47,066 bases of DNA from Candidatus Bathyarchaeia archaeon. Its GTDB lineage: Bacteria > Patescibacteriota > Microgenomatia > PFEM01 > JAFGMK01. This document shows positions 25,943-35,047 of the stretch, piece by piece; position 1 is the first letter of the stretch, and each line of letters starts with the position of its first letter. The stretch lies in assembly GCA_035529595.1 (NCBI GenBank), contig DATKWK010000035.1, positions 1 to 47,066 on the forward strand, read 5' to 3'. A program made the translations under genes and the position numbers. The notes beneath the pieces were generated by a model. That model was not told the origin of the DNA. It was given only the letters and a program-made list of their open reading frames with translations, and did not search any database.

Positions 25943-25971
25943 TTGACAGATTCTGTCTTTTCGGGTAATCT
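25943..25971 (+). promoter_or_regulatory. Candidate lexA promoter TTGACA-17-TAATCT with an embedded perfect 13-bp palindrome GACAGATTCTGTC (25945-25957)
   Basis: TTGACA lies at 25943-25948 and TAATCT at 25966-25971. The palindrome overlaps the -35 box and the spacer. Confidence 0.55.
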
Positions 25972-25993
25972 TTGGGTTAGAAAGAAAAAAACA

Positions 25994-26605
25994 ATGCCAG
26001 TAACCATTTATACCCGCCAGAAACAAATTCTTGAATATATTGCCCAATACATTCAGAAGAATCATTTCTCCCCAACTCTTAAAGAAATCGCCCGGATGCT
26101 TAAGGTCAACTCCTTGGCAACAGTACATGAACATTTAGAAGTGCTGGAGAAAAAAGGACTGGTGAAACGATACCGGGGATCGGTCAGGGGAATTAGACTT
26201 CTTAAAGTGAACATTAACCAGTTAGGGAGTGTCGAACTACCTCTGCTTGGATATATCGCGGCCGGAAAACCAATCGAACCTTACACCGATCCCGAGGCTT
26301 CGATTTCTGCACCGCCTAATATGTTTTCGGGAAAAAATCGTGCTTATGTTCTTCAAGTTAAGGGTGATTCAATGATCGAGGAAGGAATTCTTGATGGAGA
26401 TTTTGTGGTGGTTGAGGAACAGGAAACAGCCGCTGACGGCGATACGGTAGTGGCTCTTTTAGAAAATGGTTTTGCCACATTAAAAAAGTTTTATCGTGAA
26501 TCTACGCGGGTTCGCTTAGAACCAGCAAATAAAGCCATGAGGCCGATTTTTGCCCGGAATGTCAGAATCCAGGGAAAAGTTGTTGGTGTAATACGAAGAT
26601 TTTGA
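25994..26605 (+). CDS. lexA: SOS repressor LexA (self-cleaving S24 peptidase)
   Basis: The winged-HTH region is SPTLKEIARMLKVNSLATVHEHLEVLEKKGLV. The Ala-Gly cleavage site is YIAAGKPIE. The Ser/Lys dyad lies in VKGDSM and ATLKKF. I used ATG 25994 (MPVTIY) downstream of the promoter. The ORF-track start at 25943 lies inside the promoter. Confidence 0.9.
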   Translation: MPVTIYTRQKQILEYIAQYIQKNHFSPTLKEIARMLKVNSLATVHEHLEVLEKKGLVKRYRGSVRGIRLLKVNINQLGSVELPLLGYIAAGKPIEPYTDPEASISAPPNMFSGKNRAYVLQVKGDSMIEEGILDGDFVVVEEQETAADGDTVVALLENGFATLKKFYRESTRVRLEPANKAMRPIFARNVRIQGKVVGVIRRF

Positions 26606-26631
26606 CCTTTGATGCAGTATGTATCTTGTAA

Positions 26632-27273
26632 TCAAGACGATTTCTTACTTCTAATTTTTTTTAATTTATGCCTTACGTAAATAAACACTAGCCCTGATAA
26701 AAACAAAAGGATAACAAGTTGAAATTTTCGAAAATAAACTTCAAGTACAGCCCAATTTTCACCCAAGACTAAGCCGAGGTAAGCCAGAACGGTTGACCAG
26801 ATCAGAGAACCAAAGAAAGAATAAACCGAAAATCTTAGCACGTTCATTTGGGAAAAACCGGCCGGCAAAGAAATAAAAGTTCTGACTACCGGTAATAAAC
26901 GGCTGGTAAAAGCAATCAATTCACCTCTTTTTCTGAACCATCGTTCAGCCTTTTCAATCTCCCCATAATCAATTAACAGATATTTCCCGAAATTATTAAC
27001 TAATTTTTTTACTAATTTTGCTTGTCCCCAAAAACCAAGAGCATAAGCGGCCAATGAACCACCTAAATTAGCCAAGCTGCCGGTTAATATTACGAGCCAA
27101 AAATTAAAAAATCCTTTCGCGGCCAAAAATCCGGCAAAGGGCATCGTCACCTCAGAAGGGATGGGAACTAAAGCCGATTCTAAAAACATTAAGACAAAAA
27201 TTGCCGGATAGCCTATTTTGGAGATAGAATTCGTTATCCAATGAACAAGAAAAGTAATAATTGAATTAATCAT
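26632..27273 (-). CDS. DedA/VTT-family membrane protein
   Basis: DedA-type motifs are present (FLESALVPIPSEVTMPFAGFLAA, RLLPVVRTFISLPAG), with multiple TM spans. Confidence 0.75.
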   Translation of the reverse strand: MINSIITFLVHWITNSISKIGYPAIFVLMFLESALVPIPSEVTMPFAGFLAAKGFFNFWLVILTGSLANLGGSLAAYALGFWGQAKLVKKLVNNFGKYLLIDYGEIEKAERWFRKRGELIAFTSRLLPVVRTFISLPAGFSQMNVLRFSVYSFFGSLIWSTVLAYLGLVLGENWAVLEVYFRKFQLVILLFLSGLVFIYVRHKLKKIRSKKSS

Positions 27274-27317
27274 GTTGTATAATAAAATATAACTAAAATT
27301 AACTTGTCTTTAATTCT

Positions 27318-28052
27318 ATGGGAACTTTATACCTAGTGTCAACGCCGATCGGAAATCTCGAGGATATTACGATCAGAGCAGCCAAGACTCTTTACTCTGT
27401 TGACTATCTTGCCTGTGAGGACACGCGAAAAACCGGATTACTTTTAAAGAATTTAAGGGAAAAAAACCTAACTTGTTTAACCGGTGAAACCGCTACCGAT
27501 AAATCAAAATCTCCAAGATTGATTTCTTATTATGAAGGCAAAGAAGATCGGAAAATTCCCCAAATTATCAAACTTCTAAAGGAAGGAAAAGAAATTGCCC
27601 TAACCAGTAACGCCGGTACCCCTTTAATATCCGATCCGGGATTTAAATTGGTTCGGGAGTGCCTCAGCCAAAAAATTAAGGTTGAGACAATCCCGGGAGC
27701 CTCAGCCGTTCTGACCGCTTTGACTGGTTCAGGACTGCCGACCGACAAATTTATATTTATAGGTTACCTGCCCAAAAAAGCGGGAAAACGAAAGAAAATT
27801 CTTGACCATCTGGCTGCAGCAATGAAAATTTTACCGGCAACGGTGGTAATTTATTTGACTCCTCACCGACTACTCAAGGATCTGGAAGTTATCCGTAATA
27901 TTTTCGGCGATATAAATATTGTTCTTTGTCGTGAGCTAACGAAGATTTACGAGGAAATCAGGCGCGAAAGAATAACCTGCAGCCTGGCTTTCTTCAGCCA
28001 AAATAAACCCAAAGGCGAATTTACACTAGTCTTTCGAACCGAAGAAGCCTAG
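27318..28052 (+). CDS. rsmI: 16S rRNA (cytidine1402-2'-O)-methyltransferase RsmI
   Basis: The N-terminus GTLYLVSTPIGNLEDITIRA, with ACEDTRKT and SDPGFKLV, marks a tetrapyrrole-methylase-fold RsmI. Confidence 0.85.
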   Translation: MGTLYLVSTPIGNLEDITIRAAKTLYSVDYLACEDTRKTGLLLKNLREKNLTCLTGETATDKSKSPRLISYYEGKEDRKIPQIIKLLKEGKEIALTSNAGTPLISDPGFKLVRECLSQKIKVETIPGASAVLTALTGSGLPTDKFIFIGYLPKKAGKRKKILDHLAAAMKILPATVVIYLTPHRLLKDLEVIRNIFGDINIVLCRELTKIYEEIRRERITCSLAFFSQNKPKGEFTLVFRTEEA

Positions 28053-28059
28053 AATCTTT

Positions 28060-29793
28060 CTAAAATTTTTCTAAGGTCGAGGTATCGCCGACCGGCAAGC
28101 CCAATTCTTTGGCCTTTAAGAACCTCCGGACAATTTTTCCTGATCGAGTTTTTGGTAAAGATTTAACAAATTCTATCTCTCGTGGATACGCGTGTCCAGC
28201 TAAGTGAGATTTAACATATTTTTGCAGCTTCGTCTTTAACACTTCCGAAGGTTTTACCGTGGAAGTCAGGACAACAAAAGCTTTGATAATTTCTCCTCTT
28301 AAAGGATCCGGTTTTCCAATTACTCCCGCTTCAATTACCGCAGGATGAGAAATCAGTGCCGATTCGACTTCGAACGGACCGACTCGTTCACCGGCGGTTT
28401 TAATCACATCATCACTTCTTCCTACGAACCAAAAATAGCCGTCTTCGTCTTTATATGCCAGATCCCCGCTAATATACCAGTTATTAACGAAGTAGCTTTG
28501 GTATTTCTGGGGACGGCGCCAAATTTTACTCATCATTGATGGCCATCCCGGACGTAGGGCCAAATTTCCTATCTTTCTAACCGGTAGTTGATTGCCTTCG
28601 TCATCAACAATATCAGCTTCGACTCCAGGAAAGGGTTTTCCCATCGAACCAGGTTTAATAGCCAGACAGGGATAATTCGCAATTAAAATCCCACCTGTTT
28701 CTGTTTGCCACCAATTATCATGAAAGGGTAGATTAAAAGCTTCTAAACCCCACCAGATAGCTTCAGGATTCAACGGTTCACCAACAGACGCCAAATGGCG
28801 AAGAGAAGAAAAATCATATTGATGTAAAAGTCGCTTGTCGGCTGCGGCCAACATTCTAATAGCTGTTGGTGCAGTATACCAAACGTTAACCCGATATTCT
28901 TCTATTAAGGCATACCATTCTTCGGGATCGAATCTACCTTCATATATCAGGGTAGAAGCACCATTACTCCAATTTCCCAAAATCTCGTAGGCGATACCGG
29001 TCACCCAACCTGGATCGGCCGTGCACCAATAAAGATCTTCATCGGTTAAATCCAAAACCCATTTTGCTGTCATGTGCTCTTGAATTATCGCCTGATGGGC
29101 ATGGACAACGCCTTTTGGCTTACCGGTTGTTCCTGAAGTATAAAGCATAAACGCCGGTTCAGCCGGATCCATTTCGGCTACTTTATAGTCTCGCGAGCTA
29201 TTTTTTATCAGTTCGCTTAATCCTAAAATTGTCTTTGATTTGGTTTTTCCGTCAATAAGGATGATATGTTTTAAATTTGGTAAAGATGATCTGATTTGAT
29301 CAACGCGGGAATAAAGTTCGTTGTTGGTAACCAGCAGGCAAGCATCCGAACTTTCGAGACGATCCTGAAGGGCTTGAGGGCCAAAGGCCGCAAAAAGACT
29401 ACCGGCTATCGCCCCTCTTTTTAAAACGCCAAGAAAACCCCAGTAGAGTTCGGGTACCCGGGGAAGGAAAAAGAATACTCTATCGCCTCTCCGTATCCCT
29501 AATTCCCTCAAGACATTGGCAAATTGGCTTGAAAGAGATGATATTTCTGCAAACGTATATTTTTCTTTTTTTCCTTCACCGTCGCGCCAATATAGAGCTA
29601 CCTTATTTTTACGAAAATTTATGGCATGACGATCAACTGCATTATAGGCGGCATTAAGCTTATTACCGGAAAACCAGACGATTTCATTATGAACATTTTG
29701 CCAATGGAAGTTTTTATAAGTATCATCATAATTAGCAAGATTGGGTTCTCTTTTTAGATTTTTTTTTGATTTTTCAATTATTTTGTCTTCCAT
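28060..29793 (-). CDS. acsA: AMP-forming acetyl-CoA synthetase (Bacillus AcsA-type, 577 aa)
   Basis: The AMP-binding motif is YTSGTTGKPKGV, followed by WWQTETGG and YISGDLAYKDEDGYFWFVGRSDDVIK. The C-terminal PKTRSGKIVRR carries the catalytic Lys. An SD (GAGAGGAG) lies just upstream. Confidence 0.8.
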   Translation of the reverse strand: MEDKIIEKSKKNLKREPNLANYDDTYKNFHWQNVHNEIVWFSGNKLNAAYNAVDRHAINFRKNKVALYWRDGEGKKEKYTFAEISSLSSQFANVLRELGIRRGDRVFFFLPRVPELYWGFLGVLKRGAIAGSLFAAFGPQALQDRLESSDACLLVTNNELYSRVDQIRSSLPNLKHIILIDGKTKSKTILGLSELIKNSSRDYKVAEMDPAEPAFMLYTSGTTGKPKGVVHAHQAIIQEHMTAKWVLDLTDEDLYWCTADPGWVTGIAYEILGNWSNGASTLIYEGRFDPEEWYALIEEYRVNVWYTAPTAIRMLAAADKRLLHQYDFSSLRHLASVGEPLNPEAIWWGLEAFNLPFHDNWWQTETGGILIANYPCLAIKPGSMGKPFPGVEADIVDDEGNQLPVRKIGNLALRPGWPSMMSKIWRRPQKYQSYFVNNWYISGDLAYKDEDGYFWFVGRSDDVIKTAGERVGPFEVESALISHPAVIEAGVIGKPDPLRGEIIKAFVVLTSTVKPSEVLKTKLQKYVKSHLAGHAYPREIEFVKSLPKTRSGKIVRRFLKAKELGLPVGDTSTLEKF

Positions 29794-29804
29794 AACTCCT
29801 CTCC

Positions 29805-31442
29805 TTAATGAGCTTTTAATAAGTCTCTGCCGGACATATTCGTTGGTTTATTTATATTCATTAAGTTCATAATTGTTGGAGCCACGTCGGCTAAAATACC
29901 TTTAGGCAAAACCCAACCGCCACGATCAAATTTCTTGTCGACGATAATAAAAGGGACTGGATTAGTAGAATGTTCTGTATCTACCTCACCTGTCTGAAGA
30001 TTAATCATCTCCTCGACATTTCCGTGATCAGCCGTAATGACGGCCGTTCCGTCAAGAGCTAAAACGGAATTAACTATTTTTCCCAGACATTCGTCGGTTA
30101 CTTCGCAGGCTTTGATAGCCGCTTTCAGGACGCCGGTGTGGCCGACCATATCAGGATTGGCAAAATTAACTAATATGAATTGATAAATTCCTGATTTAAA
30201 CCTTTTAAGCACCTCCTCGGTTACCTGATAAAGCGACATCTCCGGTTTTAGATCATAGGTGCTAATCTGAGGCGAATTGATCATAACTTGATCTTCTCCT
30301 GGAAACTTCTCCTCACGACCTCCGTTAAAAAAATAGGTAACGTGGGGAAATTTTTCCGTCTCAGCAATGTGCAATTGGCGAACCTCGTTTTCAGCCAAGA
30401 TTCGAGCTGTCGGCATGGACACCAAAACTGGGGAAAAAGCAACATTCACAGGCAATCCTTTTTCATATTGAGTCATAGTCGCAAAAAAAAGATTGGAGAG
30501 AACTTTCGCGCGCTTAAAGGTTGTTGTTCCTTCCGGAGCCTCAAATTGCTTCATGCCGTATCTTTCAGCATATGGGTCAAATTCGGTTGTTTCAGGTTTT
30601 AGATTTTCAAAATCAGGTAAAATAAAAGCTTTAGTAAGCTGGCGTGGCCGGTCGATTCGGAAATTAAAAAAGATGACCGCATCATTATCACCGATCAAAC
30701 CTCGGGGTTTACCCCCTTCATCAACTAAAACAACCGGTTCGATAAACTCATCAGTTTTCCCATCCTCGTAGGAAGAATTAATCGCTTGTTCGACGGATAA
30801 TGCTTGTCTACCCTTTCCTAGTACTAAAAGATTATAAGCTTTCTGAATTCTTTCCCAATGATAACTCCGATCCATCGCGAAATACCGTCCGATTAAGGTA
30901 GATATTTCGCCGATGCCGATTTCTTCAATTTCCCGTTGGACATTATTAATATATGTGAGCGAAGAAGTCGGCGGTGAATCTCGACCATCAACAAATAAAT
31001 GAATGAAAACTCTCTTCAGCCCTTGGTCTTTGGCAAAACGCATCAAAGCAAAAAGATGGCTTTGCTGGGAATGAACCCCAGCATCGCTGATTAATCCCAT
31101 CAAGTGAAGTGCAGAATTATTTTTTCGCACATGCTCGGCTGCGGCAAGGAAAGCTGGCAACCTGAAAAAAGTACCTTCGGCGACAGCCATATTAATCCTG
31201 GGCAAATCCTGATAAACAATGTTACCTGCTCCCAAGTTTAAGTGTCCGGTTTCCGAATTGCCATCCTCACCACGAGGCAGTCCCACTGCTTCACCGGAAC
31301 AAGCCAGTTGAGTATGAGGATAAACGATCCAATATCGATTAAAATTGGGAGTCTTGGCTAAAGTAATCGCGTTTCCTGGTCCAGCCGGAGCCAATCCCCA
31401 ACCATCAAGAATAATCAATACCAGAGGCTTTCTATCTTTCAT
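29805..31442 (-). CDS. gpmI: 2,3-bisphosphoglycerate-independent phosphoglycerate mutase
   Basis: The motifs are LIILDGWGLA, the catalytic-Ser motif GNSETGHLNLGAG, ANPDMVGHTG and TADHGN. The length is 545 aa. Confidence 0.9.
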   Translation of the reverse strand: MKDRKPLVLIILDGWGLAPAGPGNAITLAKTPNFNRYWIVYPHTQLACSGEAVGLPRGEDGNSETGHLNLGAGNIVYQDLPRINMAVAEGTFFRLPAFLAAAEHVRKNNSALHLMGLISDAGVHSQQSHLFALMRFAKDQGLKRVFIHLFVDGRDSPPTSSLTYINNVQREIEEIGIGEISTLIGRYFAMDRSYHWERIQKAYNLLVLGKGRQALSVEQAINSSYEDGKTDEFIEPVVLVDEGGKPRGLIGDNDAVIFFNFRIDRPRQLTKAFILPDFENLKPETTEFDPYAERYGMKQFEAPEGTTTFKRAKVLSNLFFATMTQYEKGLPVNVAFSPVLVSMPTARILAENEVRQLHIAETEKFPHVTYFFNGGREEKFPGEDQVMINSPQISTYDLKPEMSLYQVTEEVLKRFKSGIYQFILVNFANPDMVGHTGVLKAAIKACEVTDECLGKIVNSVLALDGTAVITADHGNVEEMINLQTGEVDTEHSTNPVPFIIVDKKFDRGGWVLPKGILADVAPTIMNLMNINKPTNMSGRDLLKAH

Positions 31443-31461
31443 TTTATTCTACCGGATTAAA

Positions 31462-32721
31462 TTACCGTGGGGTTTTTAATTCAGTTTCTATTTCTAACAA
31501 GCGATTATACTTCGCCACTCTCTCACCCCGAGCGGGAGCGCCGAATTTAACCAAGTTGGCACCAACGCCAACGGCAAAATCAGCAATAAAGTCATCCGTT
31601 GTTTCCCCTGAACGATGAGAAACAATAACTTTCCAACCGGCAGTCTGGGCGACTTTGACGACATCTATAGTCTCGGTGATAGTACCGACCTGATTAGGCT
31701 TAACTAATATTGCTGAACAAGCTTTTTCTTTAACGGCTTTTTGGGTTCTTCCCTTGTTGGTTACCAATAAATCGTCTCCGACAATAAAAACATCTTTCAT
31801 TTCCGCCGTAATTCTAACCCAGTTACCCCAGTCGTCCTCGTTTAGAGGATCTTCAAGCAAGTACAGGGGATACTGTTGGTGCAAATCAACAAAATACTCG
31901 ATCAATTCTTCCGTTGTTAAAGGCATTGTCCGGTCACGAATCCGATATTTACCGTCTTTAAAGAAATGGGAACCGGCAACATCTAAACCAAGAAAAACGT
32001 CTTTACCGAAAATCCTCCCCGCTTCTTTAATTGAATCCACCAATATTTCCAAGGCGTCTAAATTAGTAAACAGATTCGGGGCAAAGCCTCCTTCATCGCC
32101 AACGCTGTGAATTGCACCATGGCGAATAAGTACCTCTTCAACTGAATGATAGATTTCTTCTCCGGTCTGGAGTGCATGGGCATAACTTGGAGAACCTAAA
32201 GGTACGATGTGAAACTCCTGAAAATCAAGATTGCCGGCACCGTGCTTGCCGCCGCTAATCAGATTAAAAAGCGGTATAGGTAAGGCGTATTTTTTCAGAC
32301 CGGAAAGTTCGGCAACATGTTGATAAATAGGAATTTTTTTGGCGGCTGCACCGGCTTCGCAAACACCCTGAGAAACCGATAAAATCGTGTTAGCGCCCAA
32401 AGATGATTTATTCTTAGTCCCATCCAATTCAATTATCAACTGGTCAATTTTTTTCTGTTCGCGCGGATCGAAACCGATTAATTTCGGAGCAATTTTCTCA
32501 TTAACATTAGCAACCGCCCCTAGAACTCCTAAGCCGTTGTAACGTTTAGGATCATTATCACGAAGTTCCAAGGCTTCATGTTTTCCGACTGATCCTCCGG
32601 ATGGTACAGAGGCAACAGCCGTTGAACCATCTGATAGCCAAACTTTTGTTTCAACTGTCGGACTTCCCCGTGAATCCAGAATTTCCCTTGCTTTTATGGC
32701 TTTAATTGTTGCCTGATTCAT
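31462..32721 (-). CDS. eno: Enolase
   Basis: The motifs are REILDSRGSPTVE, SGG..G, GGKHG, QEF, VGDEGGFAP, LEDP, GDDLLVTN, KPNQVG, SHRSGET and KFGAP. All canonical catalytic and metal residues are present. The start overlaps the ppsA stop (ATGA). Confidence 0.95.
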   Translation of the reverse strand: MNQATIKAIKAREILDSRGSPTVETKVWLSDGSTAVASVPSGGSVGKHEALELRDNDPKRYNGLGVLGAVANVNEKIAPKLIGFDPREQKKIDQLIIELDGTKNKSSLGANTILSVSQGVCEAGAAAKKIPIYQHVAELSGLKKYALPIPLFNLISGGKHGAGNLDFQEFHIVPLGSPSYAHALQTGEEIYHSVEEVLIRHGAIHSVGDEGGFAPNLFTNLDALEILVDSIKEAGRIFGKDVFLGLDVAGSHFFKDGKYRIRDRTMPLTTEELIEYFVDLHQQYPLYLLEDPLNEDDWGNWVRITAEMKDVFIVGDDLLVTNKGRTQKAVKEKACSAILVKPNQVGTITETIDVVKVAQTAGWKVIVSHRSGETTDDFIADFAVGVGANLVKFGAPARGERVAKYNRLLEIETELKTPR

Positions 32722-35027
32722 TTTTTACCCTCTTTTTTAACCAATCTGGTCTCTAAGGAATAAATAAGTTCTCTAGTAGAATCAATGGCGTCCGGAGAAA
32801 CGGAAACACTGGTAATTCCCAGTTCAACTAATTTTTCGGTTATCTCAGCATAAGAAGAAGGCGCCTGACCGCAGATAGAACAAGTGATCCCTCTTTCTTG
32901 GCAGACGTTAATTGTCTTTTCGATTGCCCAAAGAACAGCTTCTTGCCGCTCATCGAAAACATCTTTAAGTTGTGAATTGTCACGATCAACCCCTAAAATA
33001 AGCATGGTTAAATCATTACTGCCAATTGAAACACCGTCTATCCCGATGTTAACAAATTTTTCCAGCAGAATTACGTTTGAGGGAATCTCGACCATCAGCC
33101 ATAGTTTGAAGGTGGAACTACGAGTCAAACCATTACTTACTACAATTTTTTTGACTTCCAGAAGTTCCTCCGGAGTCCGAACAAAAGGAATCATCAGCCA
33201 CAAATTTCTAAAACCCAGCTTGTTTCTGACCTTTTTAATAGCGGCTAATTCCAATTCGAACACTGCCGGATCCGACAGGTAACGAAAAGCACCTCGAAAA
33301 CCAAGCAGTGGGTTTTCTTCTTCCGGCTCGTAATGAGAACCGCCTTTCAGATTTCGGTATTCATTGGTCTTAAAATCTGTCGCCCGATAAACAACCGGCC
33401 GAGGATTAAAAGCCCGGCAAAACGTCGCTAACCCGGCTGTTAACTGGTTAATAAAAACCTGCTGTTTTTTCTCACGAATCATCCTCTTAGGATGAATGCC
33501 AATTTGAGCAATCATAAATTCCGCTCTGAGAAGACCGACACCGTCGACATTCATTTTAGCCACTTCTTCTGCTTTTTCGGGTTCAGCCAGATTGACATAA
33601 ACTTTTGTCGCCGTTCTGATTATCGAAGTCTCCGATTCGACTGACAGATCCTTTGGAGTGCCTTTAAGGATTTTCCCCGTCCAGGCGAGAGCTCCTTTGT
33701 AAATAATGCCCGTTTTCCCGTTAACAGTAATCAGCTGATCATTTCTTAACTTTTTAGTCCCCTCTTTTGTCCCCGTAATACAAGGAACGCCCAGCTCCCG
33801 GCTAACAATAGCGGCATGGGAAGTTTGACCCCCTAAATCGGTAACAATAGCGGCTACCTTCTTCATCACCGGAACAAAATCAGGCGTCGTCATTGAAGTA
33901 ACCAATATGTCACCGCGTTTGACCTGTCCAATTGATTTAACGGATTTAATCAGCCGGACCGGTCCGGAGGCAATTCCCGGAGAAGCCGATTCGCCTCTTA
34001 GTAAAATGGGTAAACCGATTCTCTTTTCGTCTGCCTGTTTTTTTTCGGTTTTTCCCTTCAGTGTAGTAATGGGCCTTGTTTGCAAAATATATAATTTTCT
34101 CCCCTTATATGCCCATTCGATATCTTGCGGGAAAAAATAATGCTGATGAATTTTTTTACCTAGTTTTGCCAATTCGATTATTTGGCTATCGGTAATTTTC
34201 TGCTTTCCTTTTTTTGAACGGGGAACCTCGATTCGTTTATTTTTTGTACCTATCTTTTTCATTTGGACTACTTGGTCACCGATATGCTTAGTAACAACTT
34301 TAAGGCGTTGTCTATCAATAATATACCGGTCAGGAATTACTTCACCCCGGACGATTAATTCTCCTAAACCGTAGATTGCCTCAATTAGAATTTTATCCTT
34401 TTCGCCGGTAATCGGATCGACAGTAAACATTACCCCGGAAATATCCGATTGAATCATCTCTTGAACCGGAACCGCAATCCCTACCTTAAAATGATCAAAC
34501 TGATGCTCTTTCCGATAAAAAATTGCCCGCGGTTCAAACAGAGACGCCCAGCATGATCGAACACGATTAACTACGTTAGCCTCGCCTTTGATATTTAAAA
34601 AAGTAGCCTGCTGGCCCGCAAATGACGCCGTCGGTAAATCTTCCGCAGTTGCTGACGAGCGAACGGCCACTAAAACATTTCTTAATCCTCGTCCCATAGA
34701 CAGATAAGCCTTCATGATATCAAGCGCAATCTCTTTGGGAATTGTTCCCTTTTCAATCAATCTCTTTATTTGTTGCGAAGCCTCGTTATATGCCTCAGTC
34801 TCGTCTGTCTTTATCTGATTTAAAATTTTGATAATCGGATTTTTCAGTTCATTTTTTAGTATAAATTCAAAATAGGCTTTCACGGTAACGACGAAACCCG
34901 GTGGTACCGGTAAACCGATCTTAGTCATCTCTCCCAGATTTGCCCCCTTGCCTCCGACCAAAGGCAGATCATTTTTATCTATCTCATTAAACAGCAAAAT
35001 ATTTTTTTCTGCTTTATTATTTTTCAT
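32718..35027 (-). CDS. ppsA: Phosphoenolpyruvate synthase (pyruvate, water dikinase) family enzyme
   Basis: The N-terminal nucleotide-binding domain has VGGKGANLGE. The phospho-His swivel domain has GGQTSHAAIVSRELGVPCI. The C-terminal PEP-utilising barrel has GSNDLT and CGQAPS. The AAGGAG SD favours ATG 35027 over the TTG at 35033. Confidence 0.85.
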   Translation of the reverse strand: MKNNKAEKNILLFNEIDKNDLPLVGGKGANLGEMTKIGLPVPPGFVVTVKAYFEFILKNELKNPIIKILNQIKTDETEAYNEASQQIKRLIEKGTIPKEIALDIMKAYLSMGRGLRNVLVAVRSSATAEDLPTASFAGQQATFLNIKGEANVVNRVRSCWASLFEPRAIFYRKEHQFDHFKVGIAVPVQEMIQSDISGVMFTVDPITGEKDKILIEAIYGLGELIVRGEVIPDRYIIDRQRLKVVTKHIGDQVVQMKKIGTKNKRIEVPRSKKGKQKITDSQIIELAKLGKKIHQHYFFPQDIEWAYKGRKLYILQTRPITTLKGKTEKKQADEKRIGLPILLRGESASPGIASGPVRLIKSVKSIGQVKRGDILVTSMTTPDFVPVMKKVAAIVTDLGGQTSHAAIVSRELGVPCITGTKEGTKKLRNDQLITVNGKTGIIYKGALAWTGKILKGTPKDLSVESETSIIRTATKVYVNLAEPEKAEEVAKMNVDGVGLLRAEFMIAQIGIHPKRMIREKKQQVFINQLTAGLATFCRAFNPRPVVYRATDFKTNEYRNLKGGSHYEPEEENPLLGFRGAFRYLSDPAVFELELAAIKKVRNKLGFRNLWLMIPFVRTPEELLEVKKIVVSNGLTRSSTFKLWLMVEIPSNVILLEKFVNIGIDGVSIGSNDLTMLILGVDRDNSQLKDVFDERQEAVLWAIEKTINVCQERGITCSICGQAPSSYAEITEKLVELGITSVSVSPDAIDSTRELIYSLETRLVKKEGKK

Positions 35028-35047
35028 AATCAATCTCCTTCACAAGC

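Noticed and set aside
25913-26134. 73-aa minus-strand ORF, and the 17-aa upstream extension of lexA (25943-25993)
   Set aside because: The minus-strand ORF is antisense to lexA and its promoter. The lexA extension would start inside the TTGACA -35 box. The canonical LexA N-terminus starts at 25994.
31462-32721. Enolase has GLDVAGSHFF where most enolases have D.AASEF, so I suspected loss of a catalytic Glu
   Set aside because: Counting against yeast enolase puts that Glu at position 251. That is not one of the catalytic or metal residues (S39, H159, E168, E211, D246, E295, D320, K345, H373, K396), all of which are present here. It is probably neutral divergence.
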